A program made the position numbers and the translations under genes. 64,000 bases of DNA from the IMG/VR virus record IMGVR_UViG_3300044846_001093, positions 1 through 64,000 of that record. One strand, given 5' to 3'. Below the pieces are notes generated by a model. That model was not told the DNA's origin and did no database searches. It saw nothing but the letters and a program-made list of their open reading frames with translations. Shown one piece after another: positions 16,087 through 25,306 of the stretch. Source of the DNA: a virus. Lineage: Duplodnaviria; Heunggongvirae; Uroviricota; Caudoviricetes. Positions within the stretch are counted from its first letter, which is position 1. Each line of letters starts with the position of its first letter.

Positions 16087-16438
16087 CTTGAGTAGTTAGT
16101 CTAGATAAAACATCAAATACTTCAACACCAGCGGGTACCATATTTGGATCAATAATGTCACCGGATTCCTCACGCAATGCATGTATACAGTAGGCTACGG
16201 TGTTATCGGACTGTGCTGTAAGCATGTGTACTGTGTTTGCTTTGATATAAATCATATGTGGAGCAACAAAGGATGTTTCCTCTCCGTTCACTCCGACAGT
16301 TAAGCTACCTTTTGCCAGTAGTGTTAAGTGATTATATGGATGTTTGTGTCCGATCTCTTGGTCACCGGATGATGCAAAGTGCATCTGACGAACGAAAACA
16401 TTCTGCACTGTTCCAATATTTACTTGTGGTTGGGTCAT
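16079..16438 (-). CDS. Cupin-domain protein, 119 aa
   Basis: GHKHPYNHLTLLAKG...H. Confidence 0.5.
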   Translation of the reverse strand: MTQPQVNIGTVQNVFVRQMHFASSGDQEIGHKHPYNHLTLLAKGSLTVGVNGEETSFVAPHMIYIKANTVHMLTAQSDNTVAYCIHALREESGDIIDPNMVPAGVEVFDVLSRLTTQDA

Positions 16439-16458
16439 AAAATTCCTTTAATTATTTG

Positions 16459-16887
16459 TTATATCACAGTCACTTCAATTTTTCCGGTGGCTTCTGTTGG
16501 AAATATTTTTCGTTTACCTGCTGGCAAAACGGGTCTACTGTGTTGTTTATGATACTCTGCGATTCTCTCAGGTGTTATATTCGGAACACTTATTCCTGAT
16601 TGAGGTTTGTATCTCTCAGATGCTTTTCGTTTATTCTCCAACTCAGATTCTGTATACTCACGAATTTCCTGTATGTATGTCCACTTACCATCAATTAATT
16701 TAGGTTGTGTTTCAACAAAATATTGATTAGTGCTCAACTCACTTGGCTCAGGCACGTAAACTAACTGAAACTCTGGCGGTAACACAAATTCTGTGCTCAC
16801 ATCAATGTTTGGATAAAGTAATTTTATATCTCCAACATATATTGGAAATTCCATGGTTTCTGTGTTAATGTAAATTTTATTAATCAT
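16459..16887 (-). CDS. Hypothetical protein, 142 aa (co-transcribed with the fibre-like gene)
   Basis: ATGA overlap with the upstream fibre-like gene. Confidence 0.45.
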   Translation of the reverse strand: MINKIYINTETMEFPIYVGDIKLLYPNIDVSTEFVLPPEFQLVYVPEPSELSTNQYFVETQPKLIDGKWTYIQEIREYTESELENKRKASERYKPQSGISVPNITPERIAEYHKQHSRPVLPAGKRKIFPTEATGKIEVTVI

Positions 16888-18458
16888 AAATTTAGTATGC
16901 TTGTAGTAAAATCCGGCGCGGTACTGTGTGGAGCCACGCCTGCGGTTTCAGTGTAAAGTGAACTGCTTGTTTCTGAAATATCTGTACGGTTAAAAGTGGC
17001 TATTATGAAGCCTGTATATGTAGTAATTGTAGAAGTTCCAAGTGTTACAGTAGTTGAACTATAATCAAAAGTTGATACATAAGCACTTTGATAATCTTCA
17101 AAACTTGTTGTAACAATCGTTCTACTACCATCATCTGGAACAGTAACAAGAAAGACGGATTGCGCTGAGGTGTATTCGTCGATAGTAACGGATGCATAGC
17201 CTTTAATAATAATATTACCGTGCGATACAATCGGTTCGTAAAAGGTAGCGCCAGCATCAGCGCCCAGATTTTTAATTTTTCTAGCCCATTGGATGGTTCC
17301 ACTTTCATCAATTTTTAAAATAGTTAAATATCGCGGGTTTTCGTCTAATTCATAGTAAACATAAAAGAAGTTAGTTGTTGGATCACTAATAACCGTAGGT
17401 GAGGTATAAAAATTAGCTGTTAGACTGCGACTCAAAATTTCTGCGCCTGAACTATTAAGTAATCTAAAATAATTAGTGGTTGAGGTGTAGCCACCCTGTA
17501 ATAAATTAAACGAAACTAAGACATTACCATTTGGATTAATAGCAAAACTACTTGTTGTGTAACCAGAACTGACGCTTTGAACAAACCAATATTTAGACCA
17601 AAGAAATGATCCATCTGCGCCAAATTTATGTAACTCTACACCTCTTCCATAGTTGTTTTCCTGAGATTTCGATGATCGAGTCATTAGATAAGGGTTATCT
17701 GATAAATCTGTCTTTATACCTGTTGGACTCCAACTTTCCCAACTGTTGGGCCAACCGTTTATTGTACCGTCTCGGGTAAAACCTTTAAACCACTGTCTGA
17801 CGCCACTAGAATTATATTTGATGATTCCTGCCGCTCCAGCATTTGTACCTCCAACAGTGGCCAAATAAACACCACCAGATACCGTGTTTGTGCTGTTGAG
17901 GGTAGGAAGCCAAATGTTGTCTTGGGGCTCAGTTGCAGGTGGAGAAATAGATTTACCCCACACCACTGCAAATGTGGTGGGGTCTAATTGTCCATGATAA
18001 TATGGATATGCTGAACTGTCGGGCTGCCATGCATAAGTTACATTTTGATCTGTTGTTCCATTCGTTGCACTATTAAGACGAATCGCACCACTCCAAGTTT
18101 TGGTGGAACCAATTGTTGTACCATTTAAACCAATTCTATAAATTTTAGTGTAAATTGAACCATTACCAAAATTTTGTCCCCGGTAGTCATAAAATGGGAC
18201 AATGATTTCATGATTTCTATAATGTATAGAATTTCCTAACAGTTGCTGTTTAGTGCCGTTATAATCGCCACCATCTAAATCAACATAAGTTCTTATCCAA
18301 GATGAGCTATCACCATAAAAACTTTCCAGCGAAATAGTGCCCGTCTGAACTCCAGCTAAAGAGCGGGATTTAACTGAACCCAGGGAAATTTCTCCTGTAT
18401 CAACAAGTTCATTCCTTATATCCGACAGTGAAATTTGACCTGATCCTTGTAATGCCAT
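16884..18458 (-). CDS. Putative virion fibre / receptor-binding structural protein, 524 aa
   Basis: N-terminus MALQGSGQISLSDIRNEL is typical of phage fibre proteins. Ser/Thr/Gly/Asn-rich beta-rich body. T4-type late promoter upstream. Confidence 0.5.
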   Translation of the reverse strand: MALQGSGQISLSDIRNELVDTGEISLGSVKSRSLAGVQTGTISLESFYGDSSSWIRTYVDLDGGDYNGTKQQLLGNSIHYRNHEIIVPFYDYRGQNFGNGSIYTKIYRIGLNGTTIGSTKTWSGAIRLNSATNGTTDQNVTYAWQPDSSAYPYYHGQLDPTTFAVVWGKSISPPATEPQDNIWLPTLNSTNTVSGGVYLATVGGTNAGAAGIIKYNSSGVRQWFKGFTRDGTINGWPNSWESWSPTGIKTDLSDNPYLMTRSSKSQENNYGRGVELHKFGADGSFLWSKYWFVQSVSSGYTTSSFAINPNGNVLVSFNLLQGGYTSTTNYFRLLNSSGAEILSRSLTANFYTSPTVISDPTTNFFYVYYELDENPRYLTILKIDESGTIQWARKIKNLGADAGATFYEPIVSHGNIIIKGYASVTIDEYTSAQSVFLVTVPDDGSRTIVTTSFEDYQSAYVSTFDYSSTTVTLGTSTITTYTGFIIATFNRTDISETSSSLYTETAGVAPHSTAPDFTTSILNL

Positions 18459-18496
18459 TACATAATCTCCTGTGCAATACTATGTTTATTATCTCT

Positions 18497-18504
18497 TATT
18501 TATA
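18497..18504 (-). promoter_or_regulatory. T4-type late promoter TATAAATA
   Basis: Minus strand reads TATAAATAagagataataaacatagtattgcacAGGAGattatgtaATG, 38-nt leader with SD. Confidence 0.55.
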
Positions 18505-18751
18505 CAGATAAAACAGTTGGATCCAACATCGTTATCATGTTGATGAATTTCACGGCATCATCCTCTTCAGTGAAGTACCGTAAGAATGTCTGTCCCGTGT
18601 ACTTAGACACAATGATCAATAGAATATCGGAATTTTTGTGAACGGAGAATTTTATAATCCATCCGTTCTTTAGCGCAGGCTGGAAGTATGATGTGTTACT
18701 TCTTATTTCCTGCAAAAGCAAGCTGCGAGCCTTCGATGATTTTTCTTGCAT
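18500..18751 (-). CDS. Hypothetical protein, 83 aa (start doubtful)
   Basis: No RBS at the annotated ATG. Overlaps 18696..18908 by 56 nt. Confidence 0.3.
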   Translation of the reverse strand: MQEKSSKARSLLLQEIRSNTSYFQPALKNGWIIKFSVHKNSDILLIIVSKYTGQTFLRYFTEEDDAVKFINMITMLDPTVLSV

Positions 18752-18908
18752 TCTTGGTAATTTCGTCTGCTACATTGGTTAGTCCATGTAAGTATGTAGC
18801 ATATTCAGTACCTGCAAATTTCTTCAGTGCATCAATGCCTGCGTGTGTAGCAGTTGAATTGATTTCAATAGCAGCAAGTGCTAGTTCTTTGAATTTAGTA
18901 TTGTCCAT
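18696..18908 (-). CDS. Hypothetical protein, 70 aa
   Basis: RBS acaataaggatacaATG. Confidence 0.45.
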   Translation of the reverse strand: MDNTKFKELALAAIEINSTATHAGIDALKKFAGTEYATYLHGLTNVADEITKNARKIIEGSQLAFAGNKK

Positions 18909-19068
18909 TTTGTATCCTTATTGTGAAGCGATTGGCGCTTTGCTGAATAGTGCTCGTATCTCAGCGATTGTTGATAGAATTGTTTTTAGCATGTTATATG
19001 GTGACCTCATTAGTGAGCAACACCATACAATTATATATCAGAAAATGCTGTATTGCAACATGGTTTTA

Positions 19069-19278
19069 CTAGACTACCGAGTCTAATCGTTGCTCTTGCA
19101 GCCACTCAGTTTCACCCACAAATTGTGGTGATTTTTCAAGCTGGTGTTGTGCTTCCCACAAAATCTGGTATAATTTTTTCTTGGCTTCAAATTGTGTGAA
19201 GCCATCATTGTGCATATCACGTACATACCATCCTAGGTCTTGTACTTGTGTCAGTGCAGATTTATTCATATCAATCAA
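19069..19278 (-). CDS. Hypothetical protein, 69 aa
   Basis: ORF. Confidence 0.45.
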   Translation of the reverse strand: MIDMNKSALTQVQDLGWYVRDMHNDGFTQFEAKKKLYQILWEAQHQLEKSPQFVGETEWLQEQRLDSVV

Positions 19279-19564
19279 TCTTATAAGCGGTACGTAGAAT
19301 TTTCACCTGATCATTTGGTGCTAGGTATGCACGAACACGAAAGGTGCGAGTAGCGCGGGCATGGTCTTCAGTCATAGTAAACTCAGCTAGTTTGTTTTCT
19401 AGCATATAACTGGCTAATTGAGTAATCAAAGACTCTTTTATTCTTTCTTTGCCACCAATAGTGTCCATCATATCAATTGCTTCCATCTCAGACATGGTGT
19501 GTGTTCCAACAACCATTTTGCCACCGATGGGATAGTCATATGAAGTGAACGTCACATCATTCAT
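19271..19564 (-). CDS. Hypothetical protein, 97 aa
   Basis: ORF. Confidence 0.45.
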   Translation of the reverse strand: MNDVTFTSYDYPIGGKMVVGTHTMSEMEAIDMMDTIGGKERIKESLITQLASYMLENKLAEFTMTEDHARATRTFRVRAYLAPNDQVKILRTAYKID

Positions 19565-19709
19565 CTTTACCTCTGAGATGCATCATGATTGCAACGGTCA
19601 GTAAGAACCACCAACCGGACCAGTCATGTACAGCAACAAGCCAAGCAGTGCCCGCGACAATCATAAAATTGTATATCAGTATAGCAATACTAATTGTAGT
19701 TTTATTCAT
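19557..19709 (-). CDS. Small Trp-rich membrane peptide, 50 aa
   Basis: ATGA overlaps at both ends. Hydrophobic sequence MNKTTISIAILIYNFMIVAGTAWLVAVHDWSGWWFLL.... Confidence 0.3.
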   Translation of the reverse strand: MNKTTISIAILIYNFMIVAGTAWLVAVHDWSGWWFLLTVAIMMHLRGKDE

Positions 19710-19909
19710 AGCTTTTTAACTTGGGCCCAGCCAATATCACTTGTTGGGCGTGTCATATGAATCGTGCCATCACTACATAATGCAAACAGAATCACCTGCC
19801 CTGTGTTGGTGCTTGATGCTGCGATCTGGATAGCTTTGCGATCCAATTCTTTTACTTTTTCTTGTTTAACTTCAGTTACCATTTTCTTCTTCCTTTGTTT
19901 TGAATGCAC
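19706..19909 (-). CDS. Hypothetical protein, 67 aa
   Basis: ORF. Confidence 0.4.
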   Translation of the reverse strand: MHSKQRKKKMVTEVKQEKVKELDRKAIQIAASSTNTGQVILFALCSDGTIHMTRPTSDIGWAQVKKL

Positions 19910-20141
19910 GAATTACGTCATACACGCCATCGGCGGTTTTGTCAATATAAATCTCTGGCCCAAAGCCAGCATACTCAAATTTGTGATCACCAACCAAATC
20001 AAAGGTGTCAATCATAATTTCTGGTTCACCCATCACTGAGTGGTACTCTTCATCATAAGAGTAATAGAGGTCTTCAAGTTCGCGGATTAGATCGATTAGC
20101 TTCATTTTTGCAGTCACACTTTCTTCCTTGATTACAATCAC
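19872..20141 (-). CDS. Hypothetical acidic protein, 89 aa
   Basis: ORF. Confidence 0.45.
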   Translation of the reverse strand: MIVIKEESVTAKMKLIDLIRELEDLYYSYDEEYHSVMGEPEIMIDTFDLVGDHKFEYAGFGPEIYIDKTADGVYDVIRAFKTKEEENGN

Positions 20142-20192
20142 CAGTACAGTCAGTATACATCATTTTTCTAAAAAATGCTATGATGAGCGATA

Positions 20193-20486
20193 TCATTTAC
20201 CAAACTCTTTTATTAGATCGTCAATGATTTGTTTTTTGACGCCACCAATCATGCCATGATCATATGTGGTAAATGTTTTCTTTTTGCATGATTCCTCAAC
20301 TGTCTGAATAACTTCCTCAAGCATCCTGTCATAGAGACCTTGAAGTTGTTCATCATACATTGAAGACCAGTCAATGTTATCTGGACCAGGACCATATGGT
20401 TCATCAGCCCAGAATAGAAATCCAGCGTCTTTCGCTAGTTCTTGAAGTTTTTTGTTTAGTGTCATAGTGACTCCATTATAATACAA
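20193..20486 (-). CDS. Hypothetical protein, 97 aa
   Basis: RBS ggagtcactATG. Confidence 0.45.
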   Translation of the reverse strand: MYYNGVTMTLNKKLQELAKDAGFLFWADEPYGPGPDNIDWSSMYDEQLQGLYDRMLEEVIQTVEESCKKKTFTTYDHGMIGGVKKQIIDDLIKEFGK

Positions 20487-20489
20487 AAT

Positions 20490-20511
20490 AGGGCAATTGT
20501 AAAGCTGCCCT
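20490..20511. terminator. Bidirectional rho-independent terminator downstream of nrdB
   Basis: agggca-attgtaaagc-tgccct, flanked by T-tracts on both strands. Confidence 0.5.
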
Positions 20512-20524
20512 GGTCATTTTTACC

Positions 20525-21523
20525 TTATGCCCAAACATCATCCCAGGTGCCGGACAATGCACCCTTAGCGTAGTCTGTGCTCCGATTCTCAAAGAAGTTG
20601 GTATGCGTAGGAGCATTGATCATCTCTTCAACCCATGGCAATGGATTCTTCTTGACCTTGAATATACCTTTCATACCCAAGCCAATCAATCTGCGATCAG
20701 CGATGTATCGGATGTATTTCTTCAACTCATCTTTGGTCAGGCCTTCCATCTCTGCGATACCGAAAGCTAGATCAATGAATCTGTCTTCCAATTCTACCAT
20801 TTTCTCAGCGATGGTATAAATGGAGCTTTTAAGTTCATCGTTCCATATCTCTGGATTCTCGCCGATGTATGTCTTGAAGAGCTTCATCATGTTCTCGGCA
20901 TGCATCGTTTCATCAACGATAGACCAAGTAACAATTTGACCCATGCCTTTCATCTTACCATGGCGAGGGAAGTTCAACAACATAATGAATGAACTGAACA
21001 ACTGCATACCTTCAGTGAATGCACTGAACACCGCAATGTGTCTTGCTGTGTTCTCCTTTGTACCATTCTTGTTTGAAATGTCTAGCAAATAGTCATGCTT
21101 GTCTTTCATTTCTTGATATGCTAAGAATTCGTTATAGGTTGTTTCTGGCAATCCAAGAGTTTCAATCAAGTGACTGTATGCAGCCACATGCAATGCTTCG
21201 CGGGCTGCGAAGCCCAGCAACATCATACGAACTTCTGGCTGTGGAAAGTATGGAAGATAATTCTTCACATAACCGCCAGCAACATCAATGTCACCCTGTG
21301 TAAAGAATCGAAAGATATTTGTGAGAAACTTCTTTTCATCTACAGTAAGGCGTTTCTTCCAGTCCTTGACGTCCTCCATCATCGGCACCTCGGTGTGCAG
21401 CCAGTGGCTCTGCTCATGTTTCAGCCATGCATCATATGCCCAAGGATAAGAAAATGGTTTGAACGAACTACGTTCATCAGTCAGTTTTGATTCTACATTT
21501 TTCTTTGTCATTCTTTTATCCAA
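20525..21523 (-). CDS. nrdB: Ribonucleotide reductase class Ia small subunit
   Basis: 332 aa. Di-iron/tyrosyl-radical R2 architecture. Confidence 0.9.
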   Translation of the reverse strand: MDKRMTKKNVESKLTDERSSFKPFSYPWAYDAWLKHEQSHWLHTEVPMMEDVKDWKKRLTVDEKKFLTNIFRFFTQGDIDVAGGYVKNYLPYFPQPEVRMMLLGFAAREALHVAAYSHLIETLGLPETTYNEFLAYQEMKDKHDYLLDISNKNGTKENTARHIAVFSAFTEGMQLFSSFIMLLNFPRHGKMKGMGQIVTWSIVDETMHAENMMKLFKTYIGENPEIWNDELKSSIYTIAEKMVELEDRFIDLAFGIAEMEGLTKDELKKYIRYIADRRLIGLGMKGIFKVKKNPLPWVEEMINAPTHTNFFENRSTDYAKGALSGTWDDVWA

Positions 21524-21753
21524 TTTTCTAATTTATCTTTTGTCACCAGGCCGACCATCCTACGAACTTCAATATTTTCATCAATCATCACCAGCGTAGG
21601 AACTGATCTGATACCATAATCAACTGCCAATTCTGACCGCTCATCAATGTCAATCACTTCAATTGGCAGATTGGTGTCAATATCTTCCATCAACTTGGCC
21701 ATGGCTTTGCATGGTTGGCACCATGATGCTGTAAATCTCAATACTTTTCTCAT
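21508..21753 (-). CDS. Thioredoxin/glutaredoxin-like protein (NrdC/NrdH-type), ~81 aa
   Basis: WCQPCK active site. Start taken at M18 to avoid overlap with the nuclease gene. Confidence 0.75.
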   Translation of the reverse strand: MRKVLRFTASWCQPCKAMAKLMEDIDTNLPIEVIDIDERSELAVDYGIRSVPTLVMIDENIEVRRMVGLVTKDKLENWIKE

Positions 21754-21754
21754 A

Positions 21755-22192
21755 TCAGCACCATGATGTTTTGGCTTCACCGTAGTACTCACGGGCAAAG
21801 CCATTTATGATCAACATTTGACGCAGGCTCTTACCGTCAAGTAAAATGTCACCCAAGACACGACCACCATATTTGTCCCAAGCCATCAACACAACTTGGC
21901 GTTTCTGTGCCCCATTGATTTGCACTTTCGTGAATGCTGTTGCCGCTTGTCCACGTGCATCTTCACTTGGGCAGGCCGCACGATGGCCTTTCTCGGGTGT
22001 ATCAACACCAAACACACGGATGCTCAGTTCCTTTTTCAGTGGATCTGGCAACCAATTAGCTTGAAATGCTACGGTGTCGCCATCAATTACTCTGGTTAAT
22101 ACTGCATCATATGCAACACCAGCCTTTTCTTTTTGTGCAAAACTTGCGATTGCTGTTAGTGCTAGAATAGCACCGATTATTACTTTTTTCAT
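21755..22192 (-). CDS. Secreted staphylococcal-nuclease (SNase/thermonuclease)-like nuclease, 145 aa
   Basis: N-terminal signal peptide. DGDT...R.FGVDTPE catalytic motifs. Confidence 0.7.
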   Translation of the reverse strand: MKKVIIGAILALTAIASFAQKEKAGVAYDAVLTRVIDGDTVAFQANWLPDPLKKELSIRVFGVDTPEKGHRAACPSEDARGQAATAFTKVQINGAQKRQVVLMAWDKYGGRVLGDILLDGKSLRQMLIINGFAREYYGEAKTSWC

Positions 22193-22827
22193 TTTTCTGT
22201 TCTTTCATACATGAAGGTATCAGTATCACCTAAAGCCCATTTAGCCTCAGTTTCAACAGACCATTTTCTTGTTGCTACTTTAAAGTCTGGATATTTTAAT
22301 TCACGAGGATTACTCGATGGTTCAAACACAATCATTCTATTGTTGGGCTGACATGCAAATTGACCATTATCGCACTTGATGAAATTGTAGGACTTATGGT
22401 CTTCAACGTCTTCAGACATACCAGTGTCTATAATATTGAAATCTGGATGTGCTGAATCTACAGTAAACATATATTCACCATACATCCAACCACCAGACTT
22501 TGTTTTGAATTTACATTTCATTGATTGAAGCTGTGCTTTCTTCAATATAGTGATATCATAACTCAAACAGTCCCACAATTGCAAGTGGTCCAATGGTAAT
22601 GGCTCACCTTCAATTGGTTTCCAGCAGTACGCACTGATAGGTAACTTGTCGTATAGTGCGCCATATTCATTCAAATACGATTCTATACGAAATGCTTGAC
22701 CTCTCAGTGATTTTACACTAACCCACCAGCAAGGAACAAGCTCACCGAATCCTTTTTGAAAATCATAAAGGTATTCTCTGCGAATGAAACACTTGACTGT
22801 GGGTAAATTTGCGATTATGTGTGACAT
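22189..22827 (-). CDS. Hypothetical protein, 212 aa
   Basis: ATGA overlap. Confidence 0.5.
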   Translation of the reverse strand: MSHIIANLPTVKCFIRREYLYDFQKGFGELVPCWWVSVKSLRGQAFRIESYLNEYGALYDKLPISAYCWKPIEGEPLPLDHLQLWDCLSYDITILKKAQLQSMKCKFKTKSGGWMYGEYMFTVDSAHPDFNIIDTGMSEDVEDHKSYNFIKCDNGQFACQPNNRMIVFEPSSNPRELKYPDFKVATRKWSVETEAKWALGDTDTFMYERTEK

Positions 22828-22828
22828 A

Positions 22829-24622
22829 TTATTGGCAAGCTAGGCATTCATCACCACCAATGATTGCACTCAAGTCCAATTCTTTGATGATTTCACGCTC
22901 AATGCGCTTTGATACTTTATCTGCTTTAGCCAGTTTCTCACTGCGGCAATAGTACAGGGTCTTCAGTCCACGTTTCCATGCTAAGAAGTGGCAAGCATGG
23001 ATATACTTGATGTGTGCATCTGGTCGGAAGAAAAGATTCAAACTCTGTGCTTGATCAATATATTGCTGTCTATCTGAGGCGTGTTCAATGACCCAACGCT
23101 GATCAATCTCCATAGAAGTCTTGAACACTTCACGATCATTCTCACTCATCCATGTTAGGTGTTGTACTGAGCCATCGTTAGCGATAATTGAAGACCAAAC
23201 TTCATCAGCCCAACCATTTGTATGACTCTCAGCTTCTTTCTGAATGATCTTGTCCAACCAACGATTCTTGTTCAGTGAAGAACCACTTAATGTATCTTGA
23301 CGATATGCATTTGCGCGATATGGCTCAATAGATGGTGACGTATTACCCATGATGATGGACGATGATGCATTTGGTGCAATAGCCCACATGTGACTAAATC
23401 TGCGACCTGTACCTGTGGCATCTGGCGCTTCACCACGCTCTTTACCCAACTCAAGATTAGCAATATCGCCCTTTGCATGGATGTTCTTAAAAATCTGAAT
23501 GTTGTAAGATTTAGCCATTACACCTTCAAATGCAATTCCTTTTTTCTGCAAGAATGCATGAAAGCCCAGTGCGCCGATGCCAATGCTTCGTTCACGCATA
23601 GCTGAGAATTTAGCTCTAGCAATGGTGTCTGGTGCATTGTCAATGAAGTATTGCAAAACGTTGTCTAACATCTCTGCGATATCACGAATGAATTGCGCAT
23701 CGTCTTTCCATTCATCATAGTATTCCAGATTCACAGAAGACAGGCAACACACTGCTGTGCGCTCTTTGTTCGTAGCAAGAATGATTTCTGAGCATAGATT
23801 GGACTGATTAATCTTCAAGCCCAAGTCTTTTTGGAACTGAGGCATTTCACGATTGCTGGTGTCAATGAAGTGAATGTATGGCTCACCAGTTAACATACGC
23901 ATTTCAAGGACCTGTTGCCACAATTCTTTAGCTGATACTGTGTCGCGAATTGTATTATCATGTGGATCACGAAAGTGCCAACTGTCATCAGCATTTGGAT
24001 CCAACATAGCTTTCTCAACCAATTGCATGAAGTCATCGGTGATATTGATACCATGATGCAAGTTCAATGCTCTCATATTAGGATCACCAGTGGGCTTTCT
24101 CATATCCAAAAATAGAGGAATATCTGGATGGCTAATATCAAGATAAGCGGCATAAGAACCACGGCGAGTACGGCCCTGCCTATATGCGAGGCTTGATGCA
24201 TCATAAGTCCGAAGATGAGGCATAATGCCAGTAGACTTGTCATCAGCAGAACGAATACCCAGTCCAATTCCAATACCTCCGCCTAGCATACTCAGCCAAT
24301 TTACCTCCGAGAGGCAATCCACCAAACCTTCTGCGCTATCGTGGAGATATGGTAGAAAGCAAGAAATAGGTAAGCCCCTACGGCTACGACCAAAAGAAAG
24401 GATAGGTGTAGAATAACTGAGCCAATGCTTAGAAGAATATTCATACAACCTCTGAGCATGTTCTTGATTAGATCCAAAAGTTTTGCTGACAAATGCGAAT
24501 CTCTCCTGTGGTGACTGTTCTTCATCTTTCATGTAGCTTTCTTTGAGGCGCTTCCTACCTAGATCATCAAATAGATTATCCCGAGAATAATCCACCCTAA
24601 TATCGTGAACGATACTTTCCAT
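22829..24622 (-). CDS. nrdA: Ribonucleotide reductase class I large subunit (short form, no ATP-cone)
   Basis: 597 aa. Active-site NLCSEI. C-terminal redox pair ECLACQ. Confidence 0.85.
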   Translation of the reverse strand: MESIVHDIRVDYSRDNLFDDLGRKRLKESYMKDEEQSPQERFAFVSKTFGSNQEHAQRLYEYSSKHWLSYSTPILSFGRSRRGLPISCFLPYLHDSAEGLVDCLSEVNWLSMLGGGIGIGLGIRSADDKSTGIMPHLRTYDASSLAYRQGRTRRGSYAAYLDISHPDIPLFLDMRKPTGDPNMRALNLHHGINITDDFMQLVEKAMLDPNADDSWHFRDPHDNTIRDTVSAKELWQQVLEMRMLTGEPYIHFIDTSNREMPQFQKDLGLKINQSNLCSEIILATNKERTAVCCLSSVNLEYYDEWKDDAQFIRDIAEMLDNVLQYFIDNAPDTIARAKFSAMRERSIGIGALGFHAFLQKKGIAFEGVMAKSYNIQIFKNIHAKGDIANLELGKERGEAPDATGTGRRFSHMWAIAPNASSSIIMGNTSPSIEPYRANAYRQDTLSGSSLNKNRWLDKIIQKEAESHTNGWADEVWSSIIANDGSVQHLTWMSENDREVFKTSMEIDQRWVIEHASDRQQYIDQAQSLNLFFRPDAHIKYIHACHFLAWKRGLKTLYYCRSEKLAKADKVSKRIEREIIKELDLSAIIGGDECLACQ

Positions 24623-24636
24623 CTTGTCTCCTGTTA

Positions 24637-25305
24637 TTATTTTGATACGAACTCATGTGCTAAGGGAAATACCTCAGCGATCACTTTTGCAATTTCAATT
24701 GCGATTTCTCTATGCTCTTTTTGTGTTGCTTTTTCAGAGCGGACTTCTATGTAGTGAATGAAGGAACGCAGTGTGCCATTGATGTACATGCGTGACACAG
24801 TGTTGCCTTCAGGCAATACAGCCCGTGCTTGCTCTTTTGCGATACCATTCTCAACAGCCCATGTATAGGCTTTCTTTGCAGCTTCAATCACATCATTCTG
24901 CATTGCGATCCACTTAGCATTCAGTGCAAGATCATCAGTTTCAATTGAGTTTTGACGATTCTTCAAGTCTTGCAGTCTTGCTTCACGGAATACAAAATCT
25001 AGATCCTTGGTTGGATCAGCATATCGTTGGCTAAACTCCTGAAACGAGAATGAACGATGGCGCAAAATCTGTCGGGCGATATCGCGGGTAGTTTCAACTT
25101 CAACACATGCAGACACCATTTCAAGAGGACTCCAGTGCTTATTCTTGACCAAGTAATTGATCAGCTTTGCGGAGGTTTCTGTGTTCAGTTGGTTTGCAGG
25201 ATTTGATACTCTTGCACAAAATGCAATTAGTTCTTGCATGTCATACAAGCCTTCACTGGCAATGTCTCGGGATGGTTTACTGTAGCTAATCAGTCGCGCT
25301 TTCAT
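24637..25305 (-). CDS. thyX: Flavin-dependent thymidylate synthase
   Basis: RHRSFSFQEFSQRY matches the ThyX motif (RHRx7-8S). Start taken at MKARLISYS. Confidence 0.85.
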   Translation of the reverse strand: MKARLISYSKPSRDIASEGLYDMQELIAFCARVSNPANQLNTETSAKLINYLVKNKHWSPLEMVSACVEVETTRDIARQILRHRSFSFQEFSQRYADPTKDLDFVFREARLQDLKNRQNSIETDDLALNAKWIAMQNDVIEAAKKAYTWAVENGIAKEQARAVLPEGNTVSRMYINGTLRSFIHYIEVRSEKATQKEHREIAIEIAKVIAEVFPLAHEFVSK

Positions 25306-25306
25306 T

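Noticed and set aside
18688-19086. 132-aa plus-strand ORF
   Set aside because: Opposite to all neighbouring genes. Overlaps two minus-strand ORFs that have RBSs.
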